A DNA stretch of 63,740 nt, filler included, from Candidatus Fermentibacterota bacterium (GCA_016928395.1; 4 parts of 4 records of this genome joined end to end with filler, not necessarily neighbours in it), one strand, 5' to 3'. Shown: positions 1 through 11,185, counted from the first letter of the whole stretch. Made by a program: numbers and translations. The notes: generated from the letters alone by a model not told the origin.

Positions 1-1
1 C

Positions 2-100
2 CCCGGCTACCTCTCCGCGAAACGTGTCATCATCTGGTGCTTCGCCGCCCGCGAGTTCACCGAGAGCACCGGCTGGCAGAAGATCCCACTGGTGGAGTGA
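2..100 (+). CDS. 3' end of AlgX/AlgJ-like (SGNH-type) polysaccharide O-acetylation protein, partial
   Basis: Own translation from base 2: PGYLSAKRVIIWCFAAREFTESTGWQKIPLVE*, resembling the KxVIWxFAxRE C-terminal motif of AlgX/AlgJ-related proteins; not in the ORF track. Confidence 0.55.
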   Translation, partial: PGYLSAKRVIIWCFAAREFTESTGWQKIPLVE

Positions 101-151
101 GGTTGGCGCGAGAGTGATGGATCGAGAGCGAGACGAGCTCTGTCGGCGCGA

Positions 152-2110
152 CTACAGCCCTGACCACGATCTGAACCGCGCCCATGTCGTGCGGGCCTTG
201 CCCCAGAGGGTGTGGCGCAGGTAGGGCTCGACATCGGGCGGCCCCGAGTACCGCCAGCGTGCGGCGACGCTGAGGGGCTCGTCGCCCGCCTCCAGCCGCA
301 CACAGGCGGGGAACAGGAGACAGCCGCGAAGGATCGCCCCCTCGCCAGGCATCGCGTCCCGGTGATCCAGGGCCCAGCGCCTGCTGGAGGTCTCTTCCCG
401 GGCCACCAGAGCTAGCCCGGCGCTTCCCGGGGGCACTGCCGTGATTTCCACAGCAAAACACCCGGGTGGAATGCGCCGCCAGCGCCCCGAGTCCCACGGC
501 AGGACATCCTCCCTGGTGTGGCGCACCACCTGGAAGCGGCTCACCCCGTCTAGAGGGGCCAGCTCGCGCAGGGCGACTCTCTCTGATAGCCGCTCCAGGA
601 GCAGGGAGTCCGACAGTTCATAAGCTGCCGTGCATTCCGGATATGCGTATGTGATGGCCCGCCAGATCTCCTCCGGCGAAACCCGCCCCAGATCCCTCCA
701 GATCGCGAAGAAGTTCTTCCGGAAGTCATCGCGCATCCACCATGCATTGCGCGGATGAAGCTGCAGGGCGATCACGTCGCCGGGCGCGAGGTCCGAATCA
801 TCGGTAACGATACCGTACTGCGCGCCCTGCGCCATGTACTCAGTGGTCCAGTGCAGGTAGAGTTGCGGCGAGAGGAAGATAGGTGTGCCCGGGGAGGCCT
901 CCTTGAGCCAGCGACCCAGCGCATACTCGGATCGGTGGAACCCATAGAGTGCTTCCTCCGCGTGGTGTAACCGGTCGAGGCTGCGAGGCCACAGGACGAA
1001 GTACCGGCCGAGGTTGACCGTCGATACCGCGACCGCCACCACCAGGGACAGCACCGGCGTCCACCGGGAACCGAGAAACCGTCGAACCTGGACGAACCCG
1101 CCCGCTGCAAGGAGATACGGCACGGGGAGCACGCCCAGGGTTCTGAGGCAATGGGGTGCCTGCCGCTCGACGGAAAGCACCCCCGGCATCAGCTGGATTG
1201 CCAGCCACGCCAGCAGAAGCCGATCCGCCTTGTCGCGCCGCGCCAGCGCCACCGCGATACCCGCCACGAAGAGGAATCCGGTGAGGACATCAAGCTGGGG
1301 CTCACCCGATAGGTTGTGCCGTGGATTGCGGTCTCCGGCTATGGTGAACATGGCCGCGTGAGCGACCACATTGCGGAGAAACCCGGCCACCGGGTCGGGC
1401 GTCTCGCTCCACAGCGAGGCCATGGAGGTGCGGGCCGTGACCAGCTCGGGAACGCGGGTCCACGCCCATAGCAGCGGAAGGAGCCCAACGACGAACGCCG
1501 CGGCCGGGGAGACCCAGCGCCGAAGCCCCGCGCGGCCACGAGTGTGCATGAGCAGCCACAGCGCCGGAAGCACCGGGAACAGACGAAAGGCGGGGTAGGT
1601 GTACCACAGGGCAGCGGCAGATAGCCCAGCAACGACTCCCCGCCATGCGCATGGCCTGCGGGCATAGCTGTCGACGGCCAGCAATGCCGCCAGCCCCAGC
1701 GTCGGCCCCAAATTGGCCCGGAATGCGATCCGGCTGAAGTGCAGGGGCCAGACACCGACCGCGACCAGCAGCGTCGCCCACAGCGCCTCCTCCCGGCTTC
1801 TAGTACGGCGGACCCAGCACCAGGTCAGCAGAACCAGCAGCGATCCCGCCAGGGCCGAGGGTAGGCGCAGGGCCGCGACCCCATGCCCCAGCACGGCACC
1901 CGTCGCGACCGCGAGATACTTGTACAGCGGCTCCTGGCCGCAGTTGCCGGGGAAGAACACAGGCCGGGGGCCGCCTTCCAGGATGGCCTCCGCCTCCAAC
2001 CCATGATTGGCCTCGTCGCTCCATAAGCCCGGCGGAATGCGGTCAAGACCGATGGTGCGGATAGCCGTCGCCGCCGCCAGGAGGAAAACGATTACCCAGG
2101 GCTTGTGCAC
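152..2110 (-). CDS. ArnT/PMT-like (GT-C) membrane glycosyltransferase
   Basis: 652 aa, multiple TM segments, PPGLWSDEA acidic motif after TM1, EPLY motif, soluble C-terminal region. Confidence 0.8.
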   Translation of the reverse strand: MHKPWVIVFLLAAATAIRTIGLDRIPPGLWSDEANHGLEAEAILEGGPRPVFFPGNCGQEPLYKYLAVATGAVLGHGVAALRLPSALAGSLLVLLTWCWVRRTRSREEALWATLLVAVGVWPLHFSRIAFRANLGPTLGLAALLAVDSYARRPCAWRGVVAGLSAAALWYTYPAFRLFPVLPALWLLMHTRGRAGLRRWVSPAAAFVVGLLPLLWAWTRVPELVTARTSMASLWSETPDPVAGFLRNVVAHAAMFTIAGDRNPRHNLSGEPQLDVLTGFLFVAGIAVALARRDKADRLLLAWLAIQLMPGVLSVERQAPHCLRTLGVLPVPYLLAAGGFVQVRRFLGSRWTPVLSLVVAVAVSTVNLGRYFVLWPRSLDRLHHAEEALYGFHRSEYALGRWLKEASPGTPIFLSPQLYLHWTTEYMAQGAQYGIVTDDSDLAPGDVIALQLHPRNAWWMRDDFRKNFFAIWRDLGRVSPEEIWRAITYAYPECTAAYELSDSLLLERLSERVALRELAPLDGVSRFQVVRHTREDVLPWDSGRWRRIPPGCFAVEITAVPPGSAGLALVAREETSSRRWALDHRDAMPGEGAILRGCLLFPACVRLEAGDEPLSVAARWRYSGPPDVEPYLRHTLWGKARTTWARFRSWSGL

Positions 2111-3759
2111 AAGGCCCTCCAGGCCATGGAGTTCTCCCGCGCGTACACCTTCAGGAGCGGGCGGTCGAAAAGCCGGAAGGTCAGCTCAGACCGGGCATCG
2201 TCGATGACGAAGGAACCGATCCGGGCCGGATTGCGGTAGACCCGTACGAGCTCGAATCCCAGAAGACCCCCGTCCAGTTCACGGTAGAACCGCGTCAACG
2301 CGGGGAATCGCACGGGCAGGCGGGTATACTGGTCCCGGTAACGGTCGCCGATAATGATCACGTCGGCACTGTCCATCGCGGCCGTAATGCAGGCCCATTG
2401 CTCTTCCGGCCTATCCGCGATCTCGTACAGGTAGCGGTATGGATCAAGGTACAGCAGCTCAAAGCGGCCTGAACGCCGCACCCGCGGCTGCCCCAGCGTG
2501 GGCAGGTAGCTGCCGAAAAGGCCCTTCCGGTAGTCGTCTTCGATCAGGGGGGGATTCGAGTGGGTCGTCTCCAGCAGAACAGCCGTGCCGGGTGGTAGCG
2601 CAGTGCCCAGCTCCCGGCCGGCTCGTATCCGGGGATCCTCCCGGATGAACACCCCCGCATAGGCGATCCCCACCAGAATGTGGGCCGTCAGAAGGACGAC
2701 CACAGCCGCCCTCAGGACGCGAGAGCCGGACACCAGGGCCGCGACCAGCATCGCCGCGGTAAGGGCCATGACTGGATGCAGCGGCAAGGAGAAGCGCATG
2801 AACTTCTGAAAGCTGGCGCCCATGATCACGAGGTAAGGAAGACCCGTAGCCGCAACCAGAAGCCGCTCACCACGGGCGCGACACGACACGAACACAAGAC
2901 CCGCCATGCCTAACACCCAGAACACCGGCCCCGCGCCGAAGCGCAGGAGATTGCCCAGCCAGTACAGCCAGGGGGCCGTACCCACGAACTGCAAATCCGT
3001 CTGTCGGACGGCCCGGCCTGAGGCCCATGCTGCCAGGAGCTCCATGCCCCGCAGGTACTCAATAGGGGCCAGGAGCATGGGCCAGTTCCCCGCCAGGAAT
3101 GCGCCTAACGCTGCAGCGGAGGCGGCTACGACACAGGCTCGGCGGCGGGCATACACCAGCGCCACGGGTATCGATCCGAGAGCGAACACCGCATTGACCT
3201 TGGTAGCCATGGCCAGGCCCGCGCACAGTCCCATGACGGCGGCCGCCCGTACGCTGCGCTCGCGCATGACCCAGAGCGCGCCCGCCACCGAGGCGACGAT
3301 GAACATGGTCAGCATAGGATCCGGCGTGAAGAAGTGTGAATCCCGAAGATGGAGGGGAGAGAATGCCAGGAGCGTCGGCGCCGCCAACGCCCACGAAGAG
3401 GGAATCGCCGCCAGCGCCATGACTCCGACCAGTAACACGGTGACGGTCCCGGCGAGCGCGGAGATAGACCGCGCCAACAGGTAGTAGGCTTCGACCTGGC
3501 GGGGCTTGTTGAGGTCGAGTTTCCCCGCGACCTTGGCCGCGGTCAGCGGCACGCCGGCGATCAGCCTGGGCACGGAGCCGTAGTTGAAGAAGTACTTGTC
3601 CCGGACCGCGGTCTGGGGGCTCCCCACCAACGAAGCAGTTGAGACAAGCATAAGTTGCTCGTCGATGTGGAAATGAAACGGCACCGAGTAGCCGAGACCG
3701 ACAAACCGTACCACCGCCGCAGCCCCAACGATAGCTGCCAGGGACAGATTCCTGTTCAC
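2092..3759 (-). CDS. GT-C (PMT/ArnT family) membrane glycosyltransferase
   Basis: FHIDE motif after TM1, ARSISALAG, SHFFTPD, GLAMATK motifs; start moved to GTG 3759 (AAGGAGG upstream, abuts the stop of the upstream gene). Confidence 0.8.
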   Translation of the reverse strand: MNRNLSLAAIVGAAAVVRFVGLGYSVPFHFHIDEQLMLVSTASLVGSPQTAVRDKYFFNYGSVPRLIAGVPLTAAKVAGKLDLNKPRQVEAYYLLARSISALAGTVTVLLVGVMALAAIPSSWALAAPTLLAFSPLHLRDSHFFTPDPMLTMFIVASVAGALWVMRERSVRAAAVMGLCAGLAMATKVNAVFALGSIPVALVYARRRACVVAASAAALGAFLAGNWPMLLAPIEYLRGMELLAAWASGRAVRQTDLQFVGTAPWLYWLGNLLRFGAGPVFWVLGMAGLVFVSCRARGERLLVAATGLPYLVIMGASFQKFMRFSLPLHPVMALTAAMLVAALVSGSRVLRAAVVVLLTAHILVGIAYAGVFIREDPRIRAGRELGTALPPGTAVLLETTHSNPPLIEDDYRKGLFGSYLPTLGQPRVRRSGRFELLYLDPYRYLYEIADRPEEQWACITAAMDSADVIIIGDRYRDQYTRLPVRFPALTRFYRELDGGLLGFELVRVYRNPARIGSFVIDDARSELTFRLFDRPLLKVYARENSMAWRALCTSPG

Positions 3760-3760
3760 C

Positions 3761-4711
3761 TCAGGCGGTCGCCTCCTTGCGCCCGGCCAGGGCATGCGTG
3801 ATCCCTCCCGCCACGCCGAACAGCAGCATGGCGGCAAAGAGAAGGGCACAGAACGCCACTGCGCTCTCCCGGGAGACGCCAACCCGCGCCAAGAGCACGA
3901 CAAAGGCATTCTCGCGAACTCCGATGCCGTTGATGCTGGCCGGCACTAGCAGCAGCACACTCACGAGGGGGACGAGAAACAGGAAGGTACCAAAGGTCAC
4001 GCCCAGGTCCAGAGCCTGGGCCAGGAAGTAGTGGTGCACGACGACATTGAGTTGCAGCAGGAGGCCGACACCAAAGGCCGCCACAAAGGCCGCCCGCTGG
4101 TGCCGGTACGCCACTATAGCTTCGTGTACCAGGCGCACCCGCGCCTTGATTCGGGCCAGTAGTGGCAGGTCAAAGAGCCGGCCCGCACGACGGGTGAACC
4201 GGTTCCAGAACAACAGCAGGGCGCCAAGCATGAAACTGCCCGCCAAGAGCAGCGGCGCGACGGCCAGAGCGGGCGAGCCGAACATCCTCACCGCCCAGGG
4301 AGTCGCCGCCACGGCAAGAAGCAGCAGGGCAAACAGGCCGCTGACCCGCTCCACCAACAGGATGCCCAGCGCCTTCTCGGGCTGGCGCGTGAATCTGCCG
4401 GTATCGTAGGCTCGATACACGTCGCCGCCCACATTGGTCGGGAGGAAGTAGTTGAAAAACGAGGCGATGAGGAATGATCGGGCCAGATACGGGATTGGCA
4501 CGGGCAAGGATTGGGCGCGGAGAAGAATGCCCCAGCGCCAGGCCGTCAGGAGCACCCCAGTGATGTGCAGGGAGGCCCCGGCGATCGCCCAGCCCCATCG
4601 CACGTCGCGGAGGGATTCTCCGATACCGGCCAGGTCGGCCCGCATCAGGAGCACCGCCAGCAGGGCTATGCTCAACCCGGCGCGAAGGAGCAGGCTCATC
4701 TTCTTTCTCAA
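3761..4711 (-). CDS. Lysylphosphatidylglycerol synthase TM / UPF0104 flippase-like membrane protein
   Basis: AWRW, FFNYFLPTNVGGDVYR, ER and PASINGIGVRE motifs typical of the family. Confidence 0.85.
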   Translation of the reverse strand: MRKKMSLLLRAGLSIALLAVLLMRADLAGIGESLRDVRWGWAIAGASLHITGVLLTAWRWGILLRAQSLPVPIPYLARSFLIASFFNYFLPTNVGGDVYRAYDTGRFTRQPEKALGILLVERVSGLFALLLLAVAATPWAVRMFGSPALAVAPLLLAGSFMLGALLLFWNRFTRRAGRLFDLPLLARIKARVRLVHEAIVAYRHQRAAFVAAFGVGLLLQLNVVVHHYFLAQALDLGVTFGTFLFLVPLVSVLLLVPASINGIGVRENAFVVLLARVGVSRESAVAFCALLFAAMLLFGVAGGITHALAGRKEATA

Positions 4712-5449
4712 CTACTTCCTCGTACGCACGATCCGAGCGGGAGCACCCACCGCAACGCTGCAGGGGGGAAGATCCTTGGCCAACATGGAACAGGCTCCCA
4801 CGACGCTGCCCTGCCCGATGGTGACGCCGTCCAGTATCACGACGTGGGCGCCCAACCACACGTCATCATCCAGTGTGATGCCTTGCGACGCAACATGCTG
4901 GGCCATCATGGGGATATCGGTACGATCCATTCCGTGATTGCCGACCCCAACGAGGTAGCAGCGCGCAGCCAGCATGCAGTAACGACCGAGACGAACGGGA
5001 CCTGCCGCATGCACGAGGCACCCGATGCTCATATTGACCTTCTCGCCGAGGGTGATTGTGCTCCCCTTGCAGCTCAGAATCGTCCCCCGGGAGAGCACGA
5101 CGCCATCGCCGATGGTGATGCCTGTCTCTGGGCCCCCCTTGGCATCCAATACGACGCCGTCGTCGATCACCACACTGCTGCCGATGTGTATCTTGTGCGG
5201 ATGCCGGATGATGACGCCTTGGCCAATAGTACTGCCCCGGCCCAGGCTCCCCAGCAGGCGCCGGTACACGATTCGCCGCAACGCCAGGCCCGCCGCACCC
5301 GGCATGGGCCCGAGCATGCCGGTCAGCGCCTCGAACACCGCCAGACCGGCCAGCGATTGCCTGCCGTACACAACGTCTCGGTATACGCTGAGCGCCGATC
5401 GTCGGCCTGAGGTGATTTGCTCCTGAAACTGAGTAGCAACCTCATCCAT
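4712..5449 (-). CDS. Hexapeptide-repeat (left-handed beta-helix) acyltransferase
   Basis: Repeated IG/LG hexads, DDVWLGAHVVILDGVTIG, C-terminal AVGAPARIV. Confidence 0.9.
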   Translation of the reverse strand: MDEVATQFQEQITSGRRSALSVYRDVVYGRQSLAGLAVFEALTGMLGPMPGAAGLALRRIVYRRLLGSLGRGSTIGQGVIIRHPHKIHIGSSVVIDDGVVLDAKGGPETGITIGDGVVLSRGTILSCKGSTITLGEKVNMSIGCLVHAAGPVRLGRYCMLAARCYLVGVGNHGMDRTDIPMMAQHVASQGITLDDDVWLGAHVVILDGVTIGQGSVVGACSMLAKDLPPCSVAVGAPARIVRTRK

Positions 5450-6089
5450 ACGGGATCCTCCTTACTGTCAAACCCTGCCAATGAGGCATGAACCAGCCCG
5501 ACCGGCAAGCTATGAACACAGAGAAAGCTCACTCCCTGTCGGAATCCCTCCCGTCGCCCTGCAGAAAGCCCGAGGATCGAGAGCCGAGAAGCAGTTCATT
5601 CCTGAGGCACTTCCCTGGCTCGCCTGTGCATGGGGCGTGGCGCACTCGAGCGACGCCGACCATTCCAGATGCCCGCCCGCACACGCCGCGCGAGCTTCCG
5701 CGCTCCAACGATACAGAGGAGATGCCGTGGTGATGACCGGCGGATCGAACGTCCTTGACCGACATCCGGAAGGCTCCTATGCTACGGCGGAGGCGCATCG
5801 CACACACGGGAACAGCTCCGCTGTGGGAGCCATAGTGTGCAGACCCGGCGAAGGAAGGCGTGGGGTTCGTCCCCTCTTCCCACACGGCTGCACTGCCCGA
5901 TGGCAAGAGAGAAGACCGCAGGTCCTTTGTCTCAGGCTCACCAACGGGTGCCGCTTCCATGGGGAACCCTGGAGGCTGGTTGGTACTCGTGGGACTTGGC
6001 CGCAGCGGGTCCCTCTCCGATTCTGCTCGATGCCATCGGAATGGATTGACCATACTGACCATACATCGAGCGTGGCTTTGAGGTAGTAG

Positions 6090-7541
6090 ATGAACATCGC
6101 CCGTTTCGTCATGCGTGATCTGCCTTATCACATAGGCACCATGCTTCTCGCGGGAACCATAGTCGCCGCCAGGATCTCGACCGTGGGCCTGCATGGTGGA
6201 GAGAAGACGATGGCGGTCGTGCTCTACGGTATTGCCCTGACCGTGGTGGTCGCCGTGTATCGTCACCGGAGGCGGATCTTCCAGGGGCCCTTTGCCTGGG
6301 CATGGTACGTGCCGTGGTTCCCGCTCATCGGTATCGTCGTATTCCGCCAGTTCTACAGCATCGTGCCGCGCATGGATCTCCTCGTGGCAGTGGCTCTCGT
6401 AGCAGTGATTGATGCCCGGCACGTGCGCTGCTGGTGGGCTGGCCTGATGCTTTCCGGCGCGACGATCCTCCTCATGATCCGGGTCATCGATCTTGCCTGG
6501 GGAACCTCACAGCCCGAGGTCGTCTACGAGAAACAGCCCCCTGACTTTGTTCGCGTTGATACAGACCTCGGATATGCGCCAAAGCCCGACCTTTCGGTCC
6601 GAATCACATGCCACCGAGAAGACACTCGGCTCTATGAGGTTGTCTACCAGTTCGATGAGCATGCCCGGCGCCGCGTGACTGGATACCCAGGGAGTGCGTG
6701 CAGCCGTCATGTCATTTTCACAGGTGGTTCCAGCGTATTCGGGGAGTATCTGAACGATGACGAGACGCTACCAAGCCTGTTCCAAGCACTCCGGAACGAA
6801 AACTGCGTCTACAATTACGGTTTCTCGGGGTATGGCCCACAGCAGATGCTCGTCATGCTTCGATCGGGCCGGCTTCGCGCGGAGGTTCCCCAGCGGGGCG
6901 GCCTGCTCCTGTGCGAGGTGATCCCGGATCACATCAATCGGGCACGCGGCTCGTATGCCACCCTCGCGTGGGCCAGTGGGTTCCCCCGGTTCGTGCGAAG
7001 AGACGGCGGCATCGTCCGCGATGGCACGTTTGCTTCTTCCAGACCCGGCACGCTGAGTCTGTTCAACCTGCTGCGCAGTTCCCGCAGTCTGGACTACCTT
7101 GCCAAAGCAGTAGACAGGACGGTGGCGTTTCACCCGAGACAGTGGGGCCCGTTCCTCGACATCGTGACTGCCAGCAAGGATGCGTATCTCCAACAGTCTG
7201 ACGGTGGCTTCTTCGCATATCTCTGGCCCGACGTCCGCGTTGTTGCCCCCAGCCTGTCAGACTCACTGACCGCACGCGGCGTGGATGTGATCGATCTAGC
7301 CGAATGGGGCGTCATGCTTCCGAGGGTGGAGCAACTTGTGCCGTTCGATCCCCACCCTTCAGGAGAGTACAACGGGATCATCGCCCGTGCGCTGGCCACG
7401 GCCCTCTCGCCGCCGAAGGCTGCTCCTCCTGCGGGTGTGACCTCGCTGCGCGGCATCACTTCCACATCCGGGGTCGATACAGCCGGCCCGAGGACGCGTT
7501 TCTCCTCTTGCCCCCACGCCGATGTCTGTAGTCGAAGCTGA
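6090..7541 (+). CDS. Membrane-anchored SGNH/GDSL-fold protein
   Basis: N-terminal TM helices, GGSSVFGE block I, NYGFSGYGPQQ block II, DPHPS block V. Confidence 0.75.
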   Translation: MNIARFVMRDLPYHIGTMLLAGTIVAARISTVGLHGGEKTMAVVLYGIALTVVVAVYRHRRRIFQGPFAWAWYVPWFPLIGIVVFRQFYSIVPRMDLLVAVALVAVIDARHVRCWWAGLMLSGATILLMIRVIDLAWGTSQPEVVYEKQPPDFVRVDTDLGYAPKPDLSVRITCHREDTRLYEVVYQFDEHARRRVTGYPGSACSRHVIFTGGSSVFGEYLNDDETLPSLFQALRNENCVYNYGFSGYGPQQMLVMLRSGRLRAEVPQRGGLLLCEVIPDHINRARGSYATLAWASGFPRFVRRDGGIVRDGTFASSRPGTLSLFNLLRSSRSLDYLAKAVDRTVAFHPRQWGPFLDIVTASKDAYLQQSDGGFFAYLWPDVRVVAPSLSDSLTARGVDVIDLAEWGVMLPRVEQLVPFDPHPSGEYNGIIARALATALSPPKAAPPAGVTSLRGITSTSGVDTAGPRTRFSSCPHADVCSRS

Positions 7542-8940
7542 CGCCGCTCGGCCACGCCGACGGTTCCGATTCATGGCCGCCCTCGTGGGAATCGGCATTC
7601 TCGGGATCGGGATCGCCGCCGTGGAGATCCTACTCAGGGAATTCCTCCCCTACAGCCTCGTGACCATAGGCCACCTTTATGCTGACAATGCCGATCTGTA
7701 TGGATGGGGATTCCATCCCTATGAACTGATCAGAACGCGGGATCCAGACACCGGGGAGATCTACAAAGCGTATGCGAACAACCACGGATGGAGAGACAGG
7801 GATCGAGTCTTTGAGAATCCATCTGGGGCCTACCGCATTCTGGCCCTCGGTGACTCACACACATTCGGCCCACTGGTGCCCGCGACGCACACCTACACGA
7901 GAATCTTGGAGGATACGCTGACCTCGGCCGGATACGACGTGGAAGTGCTCAATATCGCCTATGGCCAGTGGGGCACCGACCAGGAGGTCGAAGCTCTACG
8001 ACTGGAGGGCGCACGATACCAGCCTGACCTGATCGTGCTTCAGTTCTGCGACAATGACCTGCTTGACAACACCTATCGCCAGTGGCATGAGAACAAGGCC
8101 CTAAAGCCTTTCTACTACGATCTGAGTGATGATGGGCATCTAGTGCGACATGCCAATCCTGACTGGACCTTCAAGGAATCAAGCCTGAAGGATAGACTCC
8201 GGCGGCTCATCACCACGTCTGAAATCTTAAAACGATGCTATGGCGTCTATCTGCGGTACGCGCTCCGATCATTGGGGCCTACAGCCTGGACGTGGCAGCT
8301 TGCTCCTGAGGCGCCGGCTTCCATCGTCTACAGCTATTCCGTCGACAGTACAAAGATCGAACACCTGAATGTCGTGCTGCAGGGTCGCCTCGGTGAGTTC
8401 AGTCGTCTCTTGAGGTCACTGGAAGGGAACACTCTGTCGGCGAATGGCCTTGATGAGTTACTCTGGAGCGCGGGTGTGACTTCGCAAAGAGACACGATCT
8501 TCAGGATCCTGGAGGATCACTGGTTTCCACGCGGGGCAAAGGACAGCTACTGGCTAACTCCTCCGGATTCGAGCTGCTTCGAGTGGCGCCTCTATTTCGC
8601 CCTTCTGGAGAAAGGGAAGGCCGTTGCCGACAGCCTGGGTGCCGATCTGGCGGTCATCTCCGATCAGGAGCTGGGGCTGTACCTGTGGCGGCGGTATTGG
8701 CATATAATCGCGCCGGGTGACCAGCACTTGCAGGCCTTTCTTGGATACTCTGAGTTGATCCGTCGTTTTTCAGAGGCGCGCGACATCGGCTTCATCGCCA
8801 GCCACCATCAACACACTCGCGCCCGGAATGATCCGCATCCCAACCTCGAAGGCAATCGGGCCATGGCGCTGAACGTCTTTGAGTACCTCCTGAAGCACCA
8901 TACAGGTGAGCTTGATCAGCATCGCCGATCCGTGCCATAG
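7522..8940 (+). CDS. SGNH/GDSL hydrolase family protein
   Basis: N-terminal anchor, NNHGWRD, GDSHTFG, NIAYGQWGTDQE, CDND, DPHPN. Confidence 0.85.
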   Translation: MSVVEADAARPRRRFRFMAALVGIGILGIGIAAVEILLREFLPYSLVTIGHLYADNADLYGWGFHPYELIRTRDPDTGEIYKAYANNHGWRDRDRVFENPSGAYRILALGDSHTFGPLVPATHTYTRILEDTLTSAGYDVEVLNIAYGQWGTDQEVEALRLEGARYQPDLIVLQFCDNDLLDNTYRQWHENKALKPFYYDLSDDGHLVRHANPDWTFKESSLKDRLRRLITTSEILKRCYGVYLRYALRSLGPTAWTWQLAPEAPASIVYSYSVDSTKIEHLNVVLQGRLGEFSRLLRSLEGNTLSANGLDELLWSAGVTSQRDTIFRILEDHWFPRGAKDSYWLTPPDSSCFEWRLYFALLEKGKAVADSLGADLAVISDQELGLYLWRRYWHIIAPGDQHLQAFLGYSELIRRFSEARDIGFIASHHQHTRARNDPHPNLEGNRAMALNVFEYLLKHHTGELDQHRRSVP

Positions 8941-9207
8941 GCCAGGATCGTGTCCCTGGGATTCGCTGGGCGGAGGGGCAGTCCTCCCAACGCACTGTGC
9001 CTTTCTCATGCAGGACACTGTCGAGTCCGGCCCCGCGACACGATCTCGAGGGAACCTTGGCCAGAGAGCCATGCAGAAGAGCTGCTGAACCCACGGGAGT
9101 CGATTTCGCAAGGCCCCCCGCCAGGTCAGAAACCCGCAGTCAGGGTATCAGATAGCGTGTACTCCGAATCCTCTCACCACTGCGTTGCGGCAGATGATAT
9201 GACCTGC

Positions 9208-11184
9208 TCACGGCAACGCTGTCCTGCCGCCACGCCACACAGGCCATAGACTGCAACGCTGGCGCGATGAGTCAGCCATGTTCACTAGGCACACCTCCAC
9301 TTCTCCCCTATCCACCCATGCCGGTACTTCCAGGATATGGGCATCCGCCACCACCTTCCCCACTTCCCAGCACGTCGTGGGATAGGTGCCAAGTTCGGGT
9401 TCTCCTTCATGGGCCGCTACCTTCCTGCCATCAGCATCGACCAGCCGAACGTCCACCGTGCACCGATCTGCCAACGGTTTTGTTGCCGACCAGTACAGAT
9501 ACACCACCAACCTCTCGCCCCGCCAGACCCAGGTGTGCCCCAGGAGCAGGACACCAGGTGCCAACTCCATGCTGTCGACTGCTGCATCCCCGGTTCCGCC
9601 GGGCCGTGCCATGTAGACACCGAGTGAATCCTGAACATAAACGGGGATAAGGTCAGAGCCTCCGGCCGCCGTTTCCAAAACGACACTGCCGTAGTCTCCC
9701 CAGAAGGCATGGTGGTCGATGATCACGAACGCGGGATCAGCCTTCCGTCTGCCCCGCGTGAGCAGGTCTTCGACCGATAGAGCGACCCACGGGGGGCCTA
9801 GGTCGTCGTACTGCGTCAGCCATGGATTCTCGAGGTCGACCAGAAGGCCAATGTTGGTCATTGCCCGCTCTCGTTGAATCCCAAGATCCTTGGCGAGGCC
9901 GTCCAGACGAGCGTAGAACTCAAGGGTGGTGCGCCCTGCAAAGCTGCGCGCCCCATGGGCCAGAAGGCAGATCAGAGCCAGTGATCCTGCGGCCGTGATC
10001 GTTCGTCGAATGGCGTTGCGTGAGGAAAGCGAATTGCCGGCAAGCATCAAGGCGAGGCCTGATCCCGTGACAACGGAAAGACCAAGGACGGGAACAAGGC
10101 CATGCCGAGGAATGAAGAATGCCAATGCTGTCGCGAATACCGGGCCATAGGCCGCTGCGAGCAGCAGAAGCCTCAATGCCAGGGATATCCGCCTGCATGC
10201 CAGCACCATCACAGAGGAGGCGACTACCAGGGCATTGAATGCGCGGGGCCAGCCTGTTCCCGACACGAGAAAGCCCCAGACTTCTCCGGCCCAATGCCGG
10301 GCAAACCGGATGGGATCCGAAACGACAATGCCAAAGAGACTGGCGTCAGGAGGGGCCAGGCTCCAGTTGGTGGGTGACTTCTCACCGACATTGAGCCCGA
10401 GCCATGTATTGAAGGCCAGCTGGTTGAAGAAAGGATTGCCGTGAGCCAGCGTTGACTGAAGAAGCTGAGGAAATGTCATGATGACAAATCCGCACAAGAA
10501 CAGGAGAGTGGCGACCCAACGCCGTGCACTCCCCGCGGCGACGAACACCACGCCAATGGGCATAAACACCATGGCGGTGTATCTGAACATGTACGCCGCA
10601 CCGAGGAGCACGCCACTCCGAAAAGCCGCCCGGGAAGTCACCGTGCCGGTGCGCGCCGATGCCGCGAGGGGGATCAAACTCAGTAGCATCAGCGCGGCGG
10701 CGGGCATTTCCGTTCCTTCCGTGACACCCATCTCGAGAAACACGGGATTCGCCAGAAGCACCGCCATTGCCACGAGGCATCCCACAGTCCCCGCCCCCGC
10801 GAGTACTGCAAGGCGCCCTACAGCCCATACTGCGCACATCGCCGACACCCAGGAGAGTACCCTGCCGACCTTCACGGGCTGTGCGCCCAAGTGAAGCACG
10901 GCGAATCTGAGGATGGCGGGATAGCCCCCCGGCCACTGCCCATGAGAGAACAGGCCAGGGTCGGTAAACGAAAGAGACCTCGCCATGCCAACGTGCCACA
11001 CTGTGTCACCGTGAAGCGGGTAGGGATGAGAGTGCAAGGTGATTCCCGCAAGAATCGAGACATAGAGCATCCCGGTCAGCCACACGAAAGTACACGGCCG
11101 TGCGTGCGGTGCCCGTGGCTCTGACCGGCTGGGTGGTCCGGAGTTCCCACGCCCCCGGAGAATCGAGGAAAGCTGTGGAAGCAT
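9208..11184 (-). CDS. GT-C-like multi-pass membrane glycosyltransferase with C-terminal extracytoplasmic beta domain
   Basis: GD motif, WPGGYPAIL, TEMP, AYMFRY; C-terminal LYWSA...YPTTCWEVG domain; start uncertain (ORF open to 11271). Confidence 0.7.
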   Translation of the reverse strand: MLPQLSSILRGRGNSGPPSRSEPRAPHARPCTFVWLTGMLYVSILAGITLHSHPYPLHGDTVWHVGMARSLSFTDPGLFSHGQWPGGYPAILRFAVLHLGAQPVKVGRVLSWVSAMCAVWAVGRLAVLAGAGTVGCLVAMAVLLANPVFLEMGVTEGTEMPAAALMLLSLIPLAASARTGTVTSRAAFRSGVLLGAAYMFRYTAMVFMPIGVVFVAAGSARRWVATLLFLCGFVIMTFPQLLQSTLAHGNPFFNQLAFNTWLGLNVGEKSPTNWSLAPPDASLFGIVVSDPIRFARHWAGEVWGFLVSGTGWPRAFNALVVASSVMVLACRRISLALRLLLLAAAYGPVFATALAFFIPRHGLVPVLGLSVVTGSGLALMLAGNSLSSRNAIRRTITAAGSLALICLLAHGARSFAGRTTLEFYARLDGLAKDLGIQRERAMTNIGLLVDLENPWLTQYDDLGPPWVALSVEDLLTRGRRKADPAFVIIDHHAFWGDYGSVVLETAAGGSDLIPVYVQDSLGVYMARPGGTGDAAVDSMELAPGVLLLGHTWVWRGERLVVYLYWSATKPLADRCTVDVRLVDADGRKVAAHEGEPELGTYPTTCWEVGKVVADAHILEVPAWVDRGEVEVCLVNMADSSRQRCSLWPVWRGGRTALP

Positions 11185-11185
11185 C

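Noticed and set aside
5481-6086. ORFs in the divergent intergenic region
   Set aside because: Low-complexity, motif-free translations without a convincing RBS
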